In this document: positions 26,035-37,339 of the stretch, one piece after another | How positions within the stretch are numbered: the first letter of the stretch is position 1 | How the letters are laid out: each line of letters begins with the position of its first letter | From: Perkinsus olseni | Lineage: Eukaryota | Reading direction: 5' to 3' | NCBI GenBank assembly: GCA_013115125.1 | Contig: JABANN010000032.1 | Coordinates: forward strand, 62,001-114,642 | Length of the DNA stretch: 52,642 bases | Notes under the pieces: model-generated | Told to the model about the DNA's origin: nothing | What the model saw: only the letters and a program-made list of their open reading frames with translations | The model's database searches: none | Position numbers and translations under genes: made by a program

Positions 26035-26877
26035 GATGGCATGGGGCGGTATGCGTTTCCAAGCAACCAAGTGGATCTGCATAGCGAAGAGTTGTCAGCG
26101 ATTCACGTTCTTCCCTGTCATTTTCCTTCTAAGCTGAAGGGCAGTTCAACAGAGCTCAATCGCAGAGCAACCGAGTTCTACCGGCCGAGCATGCTCCGAT
26201 ATACTCAGTCGGAGAAGATTTTCTCCGCTCAAACTGCGGGAGCGGTTCACGAACCTGGCCGATGGCAGATCGGCCGCTACTGCCGCAGAATGAGGGTGCC
26301 CGGACAATTCCTAAACTCAGATAGGAAACGGTGTAGCGGAGGTCCCATGACGATAGGTAGAAGAGCGCTCCCTATCCTCAAACTGGTGAACCCCATCGAA
26401 TGAATCTAGTGCCTCAGCTGGAATTGACCTCTCCTTTAACAACTCGAGACGGTGTCATGTAGTGCCGAAACCCACAGATTCCTACCGTGCATCAGCTACG
26501 CTCGTCTTCGACGAGAACTCAATAGGTCACTTGCAAGCAGAGCTTTTCAAGAGCTTTGATGACGAGCGAACCACGCACTCGGTACGACAGATGATCCAGT
26601 ACTGCTGCTACTATCTGTACTGCAACAGTTCGAACGGAACACAATTCGGCTGAGAATCTCCATAGTCTTCATAACCATAGTCTTCATCATTATTCTACGA
26701 CTACTCATTGCGAAAAATTCAAGCTGTTAATAATATGGCCTCTCACAGAACAATTATGACGACATATCGTCGAGAGGCAGGACAACAGTGGATGCCCGAG
26801 CATCACCTAAAACTGGAGGCAAGATAGTAATGCCAGCATCATCATCATCCACCATCAATGGCACAGCCGGCGTTGCC

Positions 26878-28107
26878 TTAACCAACAGTGTCACGTCGAG
26901 CGAAATCACAACCGCTATACATCTCCAATCGAAGAGACACCCCCGGCTTAACTATGAGCTCTCCGTTCACAGTGAGCCCCAAGGCTCTCAAGGGCGAAAA
27001 GTCATCGGTGAAGACCAAAAAGCCCATCTCAGGAGCCATGGTAAGACTCAAGTCAGAAGAGTTCGAAAGTCTTGACTGACAAGACGCGACCTTACAAGGG
27101 AGCATCAACACGTGCTTAACGCAGCCAGAATCGCCTAGTACGGCTTCAATAAAGTACTTAATTGTAACAGAGTTGTCCATACCGAGCCTTCCCGCTCGCT
27201 TTATCATCAGCACTCGATTCTTCTTCTCGTCACGCAGGACCCGTACAGCGTCGCGATACGCAATTAACGCGCAGCAGCCGGAGGATCCATCTTTAGCCTG
27301 GAATGACTTGCAGATCTCAATGGTGTGCTCCTCGTCTATGCAGGGATGATAGGGCTTCACACTTGCTGACCCTTCCATGACGAAGTCCGATAATTCTGTG
27401 TCGGACTGCAGTAGTGCCACTGCTCGATCAACTTGTATAGGCCCACCGTTTGGAATCATCCAGCTTGGTGACACGACGAGTATCCTTCGCAGTGCGGCGC
27501 CGAGGCGCGTCATAATGTAACCCAAGTCTACGGGAGGACTTGCGGGGATGATTTCGACCAGCGGTCCCAAACCGGAGACGTACAGAATTTCTGCGCTCCT
27601 AGTGAGCTCGCTAAGGTCGCTACAGAACGCCACCTCAGGAACGAACCCTCGTTGTGAGAGTCCTGGTCCTTGAACAGAGGCAACAGGAGGCAGCTTCGGA
27701 CCAATAAAAGGGACATGAGAGGTACTCGGCGTCTCCGAGGGCAGAGAACTCGCCGATGACGGGGTGAATGTCGCAGTGGTAGGATCAGTTCGTCGACGAG
27801 GCAACGACGAGGATGCAACAGGCGAGTTAGAATGAAAATACATGTTGCAGAATGGTACTGTGTACTTGTTGTTGCTTTTCTTCACAAAAGCGGCTGAATA
27901 AAAAAGCTGACCAGGAAGACTCCTCAAAGCTGAGCTGGCCCCCACGACTAAGGGAAATAAAAGGTTGAACTCGAGAAAGGGTAGGTGGTAGAAACACAGA
28001 AACTTGGAATGATGAATCACATCTTGGACGGAATCCAATACTCGGTACTCTCCTTGGATACGCCCTTCACAAGCTCCCCCCACTGTCTCTGAGAACAATG
28101 ACATCAA
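26878..28107 (-). CDS. Hypothetical protein with C-terminal RRM-like region
   Basis: 409-aa ORF. C-terminal RVLMIKRAGRLG...CVKHVLML...EMGFLVF resembles a divergent RRM (RNP2/RNP1-like strands). True start uncertain. Confidence 0.55.
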   Translation of the reverse strand: MMSLFSETVGGACEGRIQGEYRVLDSVQDVIHHSKFLCFYHLPFLEFNLLFPLVVGASSALRSLPGQLFYSAAFVKKSNNKYTVPFCNMYFHSNSPVASSSLPRRRTDPTTATFTPSSASSLPSETPSTSHVPFIGPKLPPVASVQGPGLSQRGFVPEVAFCSDLSELTRSAEILYVSGLGPLVEIIPASPPVDLGYIMTRLGAALRRILVVSPSWMIPNGGPIQVDRAVALLQSDTELSDFVMEGSASVKPYHPCIDEEHTIEICKSFQAKDGSSGCCALIAYRDAVRVLRDEKKNRVLMIKRAGRLGMDNSVTIKYFIEAVLGDSGCVKHVLMLPCKVASCQSRLSNSSDLSLTMAPEMGFLVFTDDFSPLRALGLTVNGELIVKPGVSLRLEMYSGCDFARRDTVG

Positions 28108-28191
28108 CTACTCCGCTGCAACTCTCAGAGCCAGACCAACGGGTCAAAAGTTTCAACTGTGAATTTTATGGAATCGCGAAGACCGCACCCC

Positions 28192-28213
28192 GCTGAGGAC
28201 CTCAGCCTGAGGC
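28192..28213. repeat. 22-nt scar, X=GCTGAGG(C/T) (1 mismatch)
   Basis: GCTGAGG ACCTCAGC CTGAGGC. Confidence 0.7.
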
Positions 28214-28581
28214 GAACCACGAAACCGTTACGCCTAGGCGATCGACGCTTTGATACTCGTCATTAAAACTCCAGAACAGATGCTATTCTCGACATATTTG
28301 AGTCACGGCAGCCCTGTCTCACGACAGGGTTGGCAAAAAGCGGACTAACCGTCGGTGACCACAACGGTCAATGCGACCTGTGGTCGGCTGGACTACAGCC
28401 CTGGTACTGATCGGATGATCACACCTAAGGAAATATTTGAGTCAAACAAGTTGACAGCGAGTTTCACTGTGCTAGCCAGCGGAATACGGGGCGGCACTGC
28501 CGGCTTGGCAAATTGCAACACGACCGTACAATACACAAAGAAAGAAACGAGGGCTGGAGGATTATGAAGAAGCGAGTGGTG

Positions 28582-28603
28582 CCTTGAGGCTCAAGGCTTG
28601 AGC
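28582..28603. repeat. 22-nt scar, X=CCTTGAGC (perfect)
   Basis: CCTTGAG GCTCAAGG CTTGAGC. Confidence 0.85.
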
Positions 28604-29849
28604 GATGATAGTTAGGGAACGAGAGGCACCTTCAGGCGACACCACCGCACGATCCTAATCGGGGGTCACTACGACCCGGGAGAGACCCTCTCCGTTCGTT
28701 CCCTCCCTTCCCATGTGGGGAGAACTTTCGAGCTGTACCATCATCAGCCACACTCTGCTCTTCAGCACGAGCACGATCTCCTGCTTCATGGCTATACGCA
28801 GCCATAGCTCTGTCAACTTTAACGACCGAGAGCTCCCGATCACGGAGGTGATCTCTCTTCACTCTGCAGGTCCACCCAGAATTGTGAGTCAAAATCAGTG
28901 ACCGCAAACTACCAACATCATATAGTATAATCACCGAGCGAAGCCGTTAACGTTAACCATCCTTGTACAAGAGTCCCCTGTCATGCAAAGTCAGTGAGCC
29001 TTGTCCCAGAAAGAAGCTCTGATCCATGAGCCCTGGCAGTCGACAAACTCTGCCGAGAAGAACTCCCCGCTGATACGACGGCCAGAGCCCGGCGGAACTC
29101 ACGAGATGGAATTCGCGTTGCCGCGCTCACTATGACAGCCCAACTGAACAGAGGATTCTGAAGGCACGACAGAACTTATCTTCATCTCGATTGTCCCGAG
29201 TTACTGGTCTGAGTGATTGGTGAGGGGATGTTCGTCGGACAGGGTTGAAAGTTCTACAATAACTGGAACACGTCATGTGGTCCGACGTGATGGCTGCCGA
29301 GCGAGCTGCGACAGCCTGCTTGGTACCAGGAGCAGCCGTCACTCAGCAAAGACGACCTCTTCCACGCTTTCTTCCCACCAAGGCGTGTTAAGTGCGCTGC
29401 AGTCCTCCATTGGCTGCCTTTCGCAGTTCCCTATTAAACTAAAGTTCGTACTCTGGATCATGGCAAGACCAGTTTGTTAGGGCAGCTCTGTCATCGACAA
29501 AAACGCGTCGCCAGGAGTGGCTTGATTTGACATCGGTGTATGATCCAACGAATGGAAGGGGCCCTTGTTGAGGTTTAATGGTGATAATAATGTCATTCTC
29601 TCAAAGGCAAATAGTTCCTTCACTACTATGCTGATGCATAGAGACACTATGGCCCACAGCCTGTTGATCCTTTTGTGACCTCTTCCTCGTGACAAGCCGT
29701 ACGGTCCAGTTAGATAGAGCAATATTGTTGTAACGAAAAACTTCCAAGCAGGTTAGACATTCACTCGATCGCACGGAGTCAGCCCTCCCAGCGGTTGTAC
29801 GAAGGCTCAGATTAAATGAGTCTGCCCAGAAAATAAAGCGAAACCTACA

Positions 29850-31667
29850 TGTGCGGTGGTAATGACTTCGAACGCCCTCTCCAGCGGCAGAGCTTGGCCA
29901 CCGTATCCGATCTCGTTCTCTGGTTTGCCCTCGAGCATCTAACACATCAGACCCGAACAAATACAAAAGACACGCTCCTGGAGTAGAGTAGTCCGTAAAG
30001 ATACCTTGTAAGTCTTGAACCAGTGCATGACCTCCTCTACGCGACCCGGCATGTACTTCTCGACATCGTCGAGGGAGCCTAGTCTCTTGCTCCACGCCTA
30101 CGAAATGAGGTAAATTCCGAAAGCCGGCTCGCAACGAGCGTGGATCATGATCAGAGCTCTGGAATCACCTCAAGACTCCGGCCATCACTGATATGTGGTT
30201 CTCTGGGAACGCAAGATATAAATCCCGAAATATGACACGTCTTGACGTCTAGGAACGACTCGCGAGTCCCGAGGGCAACGGCATATCAATGAGGAGTTAT
30301 CAACAGAGAAATCGACTACTCTCGATTTCCTTCTCTCATGTGGAGGGAGGAACAACACAAAATGGCGCACAAGACTCATACGGTCCAAGTCAAGCCCAAG
30401 AGAACACTTACGTCGCCTGTATTTATTGCCAAGACCTTCCAGTCCACCTCGCCTTGGTCGAGCAGACAGAAGCATCCAAGAATCTGAAGGTACTCGTTTC
30501 CTTCCAGTACATTGTAGCCGTCTCGATCATTCGGTACTATCAACGCATCGAAAGTTGGTGCGTGAATTGAATCCACGCCGAAGCAAATCCCGCATGACCT
30601 TGACTTCAGTTAGAGTGCCGGTCGGCAAGGGCGCCTCACTGAGCTCTACGAGGTCCAGAGGGTCCCTGTCGCCGTACAGCTTCGTCTCTGCGTCTTGAGC
30701 AGACGGATCCTCCCAAGTCTGAACAGAGGCTATGATGAAGTAACTCATTACCCGGAGACCACATCGAGCGGCAATTTGATGCATTGTATGTCCTGAATTT
30801 CAACTATAGCTCCGGACCAATGCGCGTCCTCACAAGTCGACTCCCCGATCACGCATGACGATGCTGCCGGGATTCAGCGGTTAGGAGTGAAACGAACGAT
30901 GAACTCTAGGAACCGAATCACGGACGGACCCTGATATTCGCTAGTATGTATTCTCAGCGTAGACAGGCGACGAGACCCGACCGTGGCACCTGGGGTAGTG
31001 CGCCGTAGTTGAAGCAGGGCTCCTTGCCGTAGAACCTCAACTTGCCATCGCTCTTAGTATCCTGTCTGATGGGATTGTGGGGCTCTTTAGTGGCGACCTG
31101 ATGACCAACAAGGAATTTCAACATACTCATGCTTCTCGCATAGCAAGTTTTGGGAACCGTTGAAGTCGATCGGAAACACGTCCGCAAGATGTGGCCGCTG
31201 TAGGCTAGCAACCGTGGCCCCACGCCGCAGATAAAAATCGCGCTGTCAGTGTTCAAAACGACTCCGCAAGAGCTCCCTCACAGCTCAGTGCTACCTCGAA
31301 CTTAGCTCGCATTCCATGTTGAATCTCGGCGATGTAGTTGCAGTGTAGCCCAGTCTCCTTCCATTTCTCTCCTGGCCGAGACCACAACGGTATCTGTAAC
31401 AAGGAGCATACACCAGGTCGGAGACAGCTATGTGCATGCGTGCAACTTCTCTACATCATGCCAAGGTGATACCACACTTCCCGCTTCTCCCGTTATGAAG
31501 ACTCGATACTTGTCCGTCAGGGTTTGCCCCTCGGTCCTCACACTGTAGGTAGGCAGGGAAGGAGACGACGCAGTGGACAGGCATCGAGCAGCCAATGGCC
31601 TCCACAAGGCACGGGCGGTGACAAAGGCGAACGAGGGCCTCGACAATAGCGACGAGGTGGACAACAT
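29850..31667 (-). CDS. Soluble inorganic pyrophosphatase (family I), probable mitochondrial presequence, multi-exon
   Basis: SPWHD / IAEI...RAKFE / VATKEPHNPIRQDTKSDGKLRFY...FNYGALPQ / TWEDP...GDRDPLDLVEL / ILG...LLDQGEVDWKVLAI / WFKTYK / EGKPENEI. The N-terminus is rich in R, S and A. 3' end not resolved. Confidence 0.92.
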
Positions 31668-31949
31668 CGGCTTAAAAATGAATTCTAAGAAGCTTCATAA
31701 TCACTCATCCCCGCTTCAGGCTCCTACAATACGGGCTCCGAAAATTAGTGGAACGATACCGACCAAGATCAAATGGGCTTTTGGCATTCGAGGTCCCTCA
31801 ACAATGGGAAAACTTGTGACACACTCAACCAAAGACACGTGGTCGATACTACTAGAAAACGTTCTACTCGGAAGGCCGGGATCGACTGGTTCAATACGGA
31901 GATGCCCGATGAGATAGTGAACGGCGAGCCTGAGAAATGGGCGGCATCA

Positions 31950-32970
31950 AGATGGCTCTGGGAGACATGAGACAGCCCTCACATTGTCCTGCGACGGTCC
32001 GCTAGGCAGCAAAGAGGAGGCCTCCCCCGGGCAGCCGGCATGGGCCTCCCTGAACCTCCTCTCGATCGCTTGACTGTCTATCTGACCCGACAGAACTTGG
32101 GCCGCCAACATCATACCAATTTTAACCTGGACAGCAACAATATGACCGTAGTGAGTTCCACGTAGCGGGAGAGGTAGTCGGCCAACTCCAGCACTCTTGT
32201 GTGTAAGAAAATCAAGCCAGTCTGCAACGCGCTCACTATGCGGGGCACTGGATCTCTCCCCCGGGCCAGCTAGAGTTCACTCAGGTCCGCCGGCCTACCT
32301 GCTCCGCGCTGCCAACGATTGTCAGCATATTATCATCTGCATCCGCATCAGGCCGGGCCAAGGTAACCTCCATTCGACATCCGCTCCTCTTCTTCAGATC
32401 ATCTATTACCGAACTTCTGTAGCCTTCCATCTACACAAAGGCCTTCACCGTTGACACCTCGCAAGGCTTCATCACCTTCGCAGCATCTGCGGCGTACATC
32501 GGCAGGAACTCTTGGGACTCTCCCGGGCCCGGTATCGGCTTCTCGCAAGTGAAGATAACCTCCTCCAGCTCTCTAATAGCAGACTAAGAGGCACAAGCGG
32601 ACATAGACAATGACATTATAGTAAGTAAGTAGTACATCCACTGCCGCCTGCGAGGCGGCTTCCAACAGGAGTGTGGCTTGGCCAATCTCGTCTCGACCCG
32701 CTAGTTCGCTCTGAAGCAATGCAATGGAGAGTAAACGCGATACAATCCCCAGCCAGAGGAACCATCAACGAAGTCATGAGGCCTCCGGGGCAGCCAGAGC
32801 GCCTGCCGTGCTGGTAGAACCGCAAAGAGATTGAGTGCCACCACATTCCCTTCCTACGATCTGTGAAGAAGTCTCTCGACTTATCCTACGAAGGACGTCA
32901 TTTTCGACGCCCATAACCTTGTCATACGCGAAGGTGGGGATCTTGAACTTCAATATGGCACTGACAATGA
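31950..32970 (-). CDS. Degenerate KH-domain exons (continuation of the upstream KH gene, or a separate paralogue)
   Basis: AILKFKIPTFAYDKVMGVENDVLRRISRETSSQI and MEGYRSSVIDDLKKRSGCRMEV...MLTIVGSAEQ have a KH-fold pattern with altered GxxG loops. Confidence 0.6.
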
Positions 32971-33097
32971 TGAAAGATACTCACGAATCGATCACCCAGC
33001 CAAACCATATATATATTCTCGCATTGAAAGTCTATCGAGCCGAAGAGTAAACCAGCGTTAAATTCCACAGCAGCCTCGAATTTAAATTTCGGGAAGT

Positions 33098-34790
33098 TTA
33101 GATCGGATTTGAATCACCCCAATTTTCGTACTTTGACGCCATCATACCATGGCCAACAGCTGTCTTTCCTGCATAATTTCCAACTCCCTGAGACCCATAC
33201 CCGCCCGCCGGGAGAGGAGGGGGAGGAATACTTTGCCAATTTCTGCCTGGATTTTCGCAGGGTCGACTCCAATGACCCTGGGGCCCCATCCCATCACCAA
33301 AACGGCTTCCCGCGCCCTTCCCTCCGCCGTAAGGCGAAGTTCGGAAATTTGGTCCGCCCATATCAGCGTAGTTTCGGGGGTTCTGATATCTTTCTGGGGT
33401 TCCGAAATTGCCTTTGCCGAAATTGCCCTTGCCCCCCGGGACGCCGCCAGGGCCACCGCCTTTTCTTCGCATGTCATGATCCGGGTTGAATAGTTGTTGT
33501 CCAGTCCTTTCCGAGTATTTTCGGATAACTCCGCCAACATCGAAATTTCCGTTAACGACTTCATTCACCAAGAATGCGCCAATCGCGCACTGAGGATAGA
33601 AAAAAGAATTCTCTGCAAGAGGAAAAGGCGAGGATCCACATCGCTCGATTACAAATTTCACAGAGCGAACCGAATTTGAAAATTTATTTCTGCGATATCA
33701 AGGGGCGGGAGATGACGACAAACTAAGCAAACTAAGAGAAAGAAACATGAAAATGATGCCGCACGAAGCAATGGTATCGTTCGCGAATGCGCCGACATAT
33801 CTTAGCTTAGACCACGGCCTATCCAGTAGCTGTCGACGACAAGAGGAATCCTACCGCTTCGGGAGGTCCAACAATCCTAGCATACTTCATCTCGCCCACC
33901 GGAACTTTGACAACAACATCCATACGGCAACCACTCCGTCGCTTCAGTTCATCCAAGACGCACCTTCACACCGAACAGTCCTTTAATCAACAATAATCGC
34001 ATCTTACGCTCGGGGACCTATGACGTCACCAACCTTGTCCTCTGGCAAAGGTACGCGACGCTCAGTGTCTCCTGGGCGAAGGAAATCGCAGGACTCGCAG
34101 GAGCGTATGATCTCGTTGAGCTGCTCAACCGCTCTCTGAGGGGGGACACAGTGTCGAGGGGCTGCTGCAAAGGGCTGTGAATGCTCCCACCTCAACTTGG
34201 TCCATGTGAGGCGCCGTGACGACAAAACGACTGAAGCCTTGCTCCTTAGTGCTCTGGTCAACCTAAGATTCACAAGGGAGCCACTACAGCAAGCTGTAAA
34301 AAAGTGAGAACATCAATGCGGCATCTACCGTAACGACGGAGATCCTCAAACGGCAAAATATACAAACACCCATGCCCCAGGGCCTCAGGGCCGGATCACG
34401 GGGCTGATCTTCAATTGAGCGTCACCAAGACATGCCGGCAGGACCAGTACAACGCCTCCATCTACTCGGACAACGAACGATATCTATCTGAAATTCTCCC
34501 GCGGCTCTGAACGTCTCACTGCCACACGTGATAAAACTCGCCGATTTGATGCTGCTCATGTCGGCTGTAACGCTCCGCACTAGTCGACTGTAAGCCACTG
34601 GAACCCCATAAGAGCCAATCGAAATCACCTCGACCCGCGCTCCAGTTTCATTTCTTATTCTCTTGATCGAGTCGCCTCCCTTGCCGATGGCCTTTCCCAC
34701 TGCTTTCTGTGGTACTTCAATAACCCTCTCCATCGGGTTCGCCGACTCGGTTGGCCGAGAGAAGCTACTTGGTATCGGGGGAGCCGACAT
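33098..34790 (-). CDS. KH-domain RNA-binding protein with Gly-rich (GKG) tail
   Basis: ERVIEVPQKAVGKAIGKGGDSIKRIRNETGARVE (canonical KH) and a second KH, ERRVPLPEDKVGDVIGPR / LDELKRRSGCRMDV...ARIVGPPEA. Followed by a GGKGNFGKGNFG low-complexity region. Confidence 0.85.
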
Positions 34791-34989
34791 CGACGGCGAC
34801 AAACGCTGCTACTACTGCCCATCGCGATAGCTTTCACACAGCTAGAGGTGTCAGAAGAAAGACCACACCCATGATTGGACTCACAAAACACAACTCATTT
34901 CCATGTCCAGGGTAACTCGTTGGTTGACCAGCACCATTCGCTTGCCAGAAACAACACCAATCACTTTGCAGTACAAGACCACGAAGCGA

Positions 34990-35560
34990 TTAGTTGGTCT
35001 CCTCAGCGGCCATCCTGGCGTTCCTGTTGAGAACCTGGACGCCGATCTGATCGGCGCGCTCGATGATGGCCTTGCGGGTGCGGCCGGAGAGGTTGCTGGC
35101 GAGGACGGCAGCGTACTTCTCGTTGTGCATCATCAAGAGCTCCATGTCAGCAGGGGACTGAAAACGGCCAAGTCAAATTTTATCACCGAACCAAGCCCAA
35201 CCAAAAAGCAAAAAACGTGCGGAATGACCCCTCCACCAAGGCGCTCTATTATTACCCTGATCTGGAAGGCGTACTTGCCGTTGGAGAGCTGATAGCGGGT
35301 GCGCTTGTCCGAACCGTAACCGATGTTAGGCATCAAAGGGGTGCCACGGAAACGGCGACGGATACGGGAATCGATACCCTTAGGCTTCCTCCACGATTCC
35401 TACAGAAAAAAAAGATACTACCACTCCACACGCACATCACACGACTAGATTCAATTCAGCCCTTCCCACTAATTACCGGGACACGCATGAAGTTGTCAGA
35501 CTGGTGGCGTCTGAACTTGTTGGTCTTCTTCTTCACGATTCTCTTCACAGCAGGCGCCAT
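34990..35560 (-). CDS. RPL32: 60S ribosomal protein L32 (eL32), 3 exons
   Basis: [28 protein letters not shown] / [36 protein letters not shown]... / [51 protein letters not shown]. Confidence 0.97.
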
Positions 35561-35759
35561 AGTGCTTATTAACGATGACAAGTACAACCAACTGGGCCGG
35601 GCTTCAAAAGGGGAAAATCACGTGACCAACTCAAGCGTGATCGATTTCATGGGCGAGCGAGATTCGAGAAAAGCGGAGCGACGCACCTTCCTCCCTCCTA
35701 GCTCTCATGACCCCCAACTAACTCCCCCCGCTTATGAGAACGAATTAAACAAGTTAAAT

Positions 35760-37127
35760 TTACTCCTGCGGGAAGCCAGCAGGGCTACGCTTCCGTCGGA
35801 CACGACGCTTTCGGTCGACGCCTGTGAAGTCCTCCATCACAGCCTCGGTGAGCTCAGGCCACTCCCTTATTAGATCGACCAGCATGTCCACATCGCCTTG
35901 TGCAGTGTGAACCCCAGGGGCCCAGCCGCCGACCTCATAGTGGTACAGCGAGGACAATGAGAAGCCGTTGGAGAAGCCCCCGGGCCGACCAACTCGTCTC
36001 GCTGCTATTAACGGGTCGATTTTCCTCATCAATCGCCATCCCAGCAGATGGTACTGACTGAGCACGCGATGGTCAAATAGCTTTCCATTGAAGGCTGCCA
36101 TCACCAGTGGCCCTCGACGAGCCTGGTCTCTCAAGAAGGGCACGACGGTCTCCCTCCAGGCCTCGGGAAAAAGTGGTAGGCCGACGCCGAAGGGCTTCAT
36201 GCCGTACCCCGAGACCTTGCAGAACTTCTGAGCACTGCTGGACAGCGCTGACCATTTGTACGGCGACCGACACTCGACAAACACTCCCTCGCCGGTGAAG
36301 AAGTTACGTGCAGCTAATTGAATGACCCTGGTTCGATCCAGCCACCTGAGATCTTCTCTGTCACCAAACACCGCAGGACTGTCATGGACCGTCTCTAAAT
36401 CGTAGAGTATCAACTGCTTAGTCGGCCACCGCTCTCGCCTCTCTCTATTCTCAAGGAAAAATTCCTTTCGCCGCGAGAGGACTTCAACGGCCAGTTGAGT
36501 AGAGGCTGCCGTTTCCAGCAGAAGCCACAGCCGGAGCTGTGCCCTCGACGACCTGACTTGACCTGACCGTAAGAGCCTCTTCAAGTGACTCTCAACCTTC
36601 AACTGAGCCAAGGGATCGGAAACGCCACGACTTAGATCGTGTTGAACCCGCCGAATAGCATCCCAGCACTTCATCTCACAGACGACAGACTCTCTCCGTA
36701 TCCGAGAATAGTCAACACGCATAGCCTTTATGGTAGCATCGACCTTGAGGACAGTGTCAAGGTCACCAGTTGCCAAGGCGCATTGCCGTACCAGACTTAG
36801 TTGCATTGGATGCTTCGACCAGTTAGTTAGGCCTTGAAGGTAACCATTCGCCTGCCTTGGTGACTTTCCCAACACCATAGAATGCAGGCAGTAGGCCAAG
36901 TCGTCTACCATAGCGATTCGTGGGAACGTCGCAAACTGCAATGGCTCGGGAGCCCTCAGCATCATCAGCAGCCGGGGGAAGCTTCTAGCGTGACCAAGCT
37001 CGATAGGCTTGTCACTGACCTTCGCCTGGAGTAAACGCTGCCACCGCAAAACGCTCTGGCCGGCGATCTCGACGCCGAAGGCCTGAGATGGCAGTAGAGT
37101 GCCTGCTGCTGGGGGTCGTAGTGCCAT
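35760..37127 (-). CDS. DEDDh 3'-5' exonuclease (DnaQ/TREX-like) with long N-terminal extension, intronless
   Basis: ExoI LYDLET and VIQLAA, ExoII AFNGKLFDHRVL, IDPL...SLSSL, ExoIII HTAQGDVDML. Probable start MALRPP at 37127; the ORF is open to 37334. Confidence 0.85.
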   Translation of the reverse strand: MALRPPAAGTLLPSQAFGVEIAGQSVLRWQRLLQAKVSDKPIELGHARSFPRLLMMLRAPEPLQFATFPRIAMVDDLAYCLHSMVLGKSPRQANGYLQGLTNWSKHPMQLSLVRQCALATGDLDTVLKVDATIKAMRVDYSRIRRESVVCEMKCWDAIRRVQHDLSRGVSDPLAQLKVESHLKRLLRSGQVRSSRAQLRLWLLLETAASTQLAVEVLSRRKEFFLENRERRERWPTKQLILYDLETVHDSPAVFGDREDLRWLDRTRVIQLAARNFFTGEGVFVECRSPYKWSALSSSAQKFCKVSGYGMKPFGVGLPLFPEAWRETVVPFLRDQARRGPLVMAAFNGKLFDHRVLSQYHLLGWRLMRKIDPLIAARRVGRPGGFSNGFSLSSLYHYEVGGWAPGVHTAQGDVDMLVDLIREWPELTEAVMEDFTGVDRKRRVRRKRSPAGFPQE

Positions 37128-37339
37128 CCTTAGTGCCTCTACTGCGCGCGACGAAATTGTCAACTTCGAAAGCAACACCGACTGAATCGTGCATGATGAG
37201 TTGTATTGAATTATATGCATCGGCAGGTTATCAGTTGAATGCACAGGCTTCCAGCACTCCGATGAGGTCATGAAAGCGAGCCAGGCAATTGGCTCGATAC
37301 TTGTCGGCATCAGTATCTCTCCGCTGTGCAGCAAAGGAA

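Noticed and set aside
26660-26688. Short duplication CCATAGTCTTCAT x2; other small tandems near 1536, 11474 and 33718
   Set aside because: Ordinary slippage-type duplications with no inverted component.
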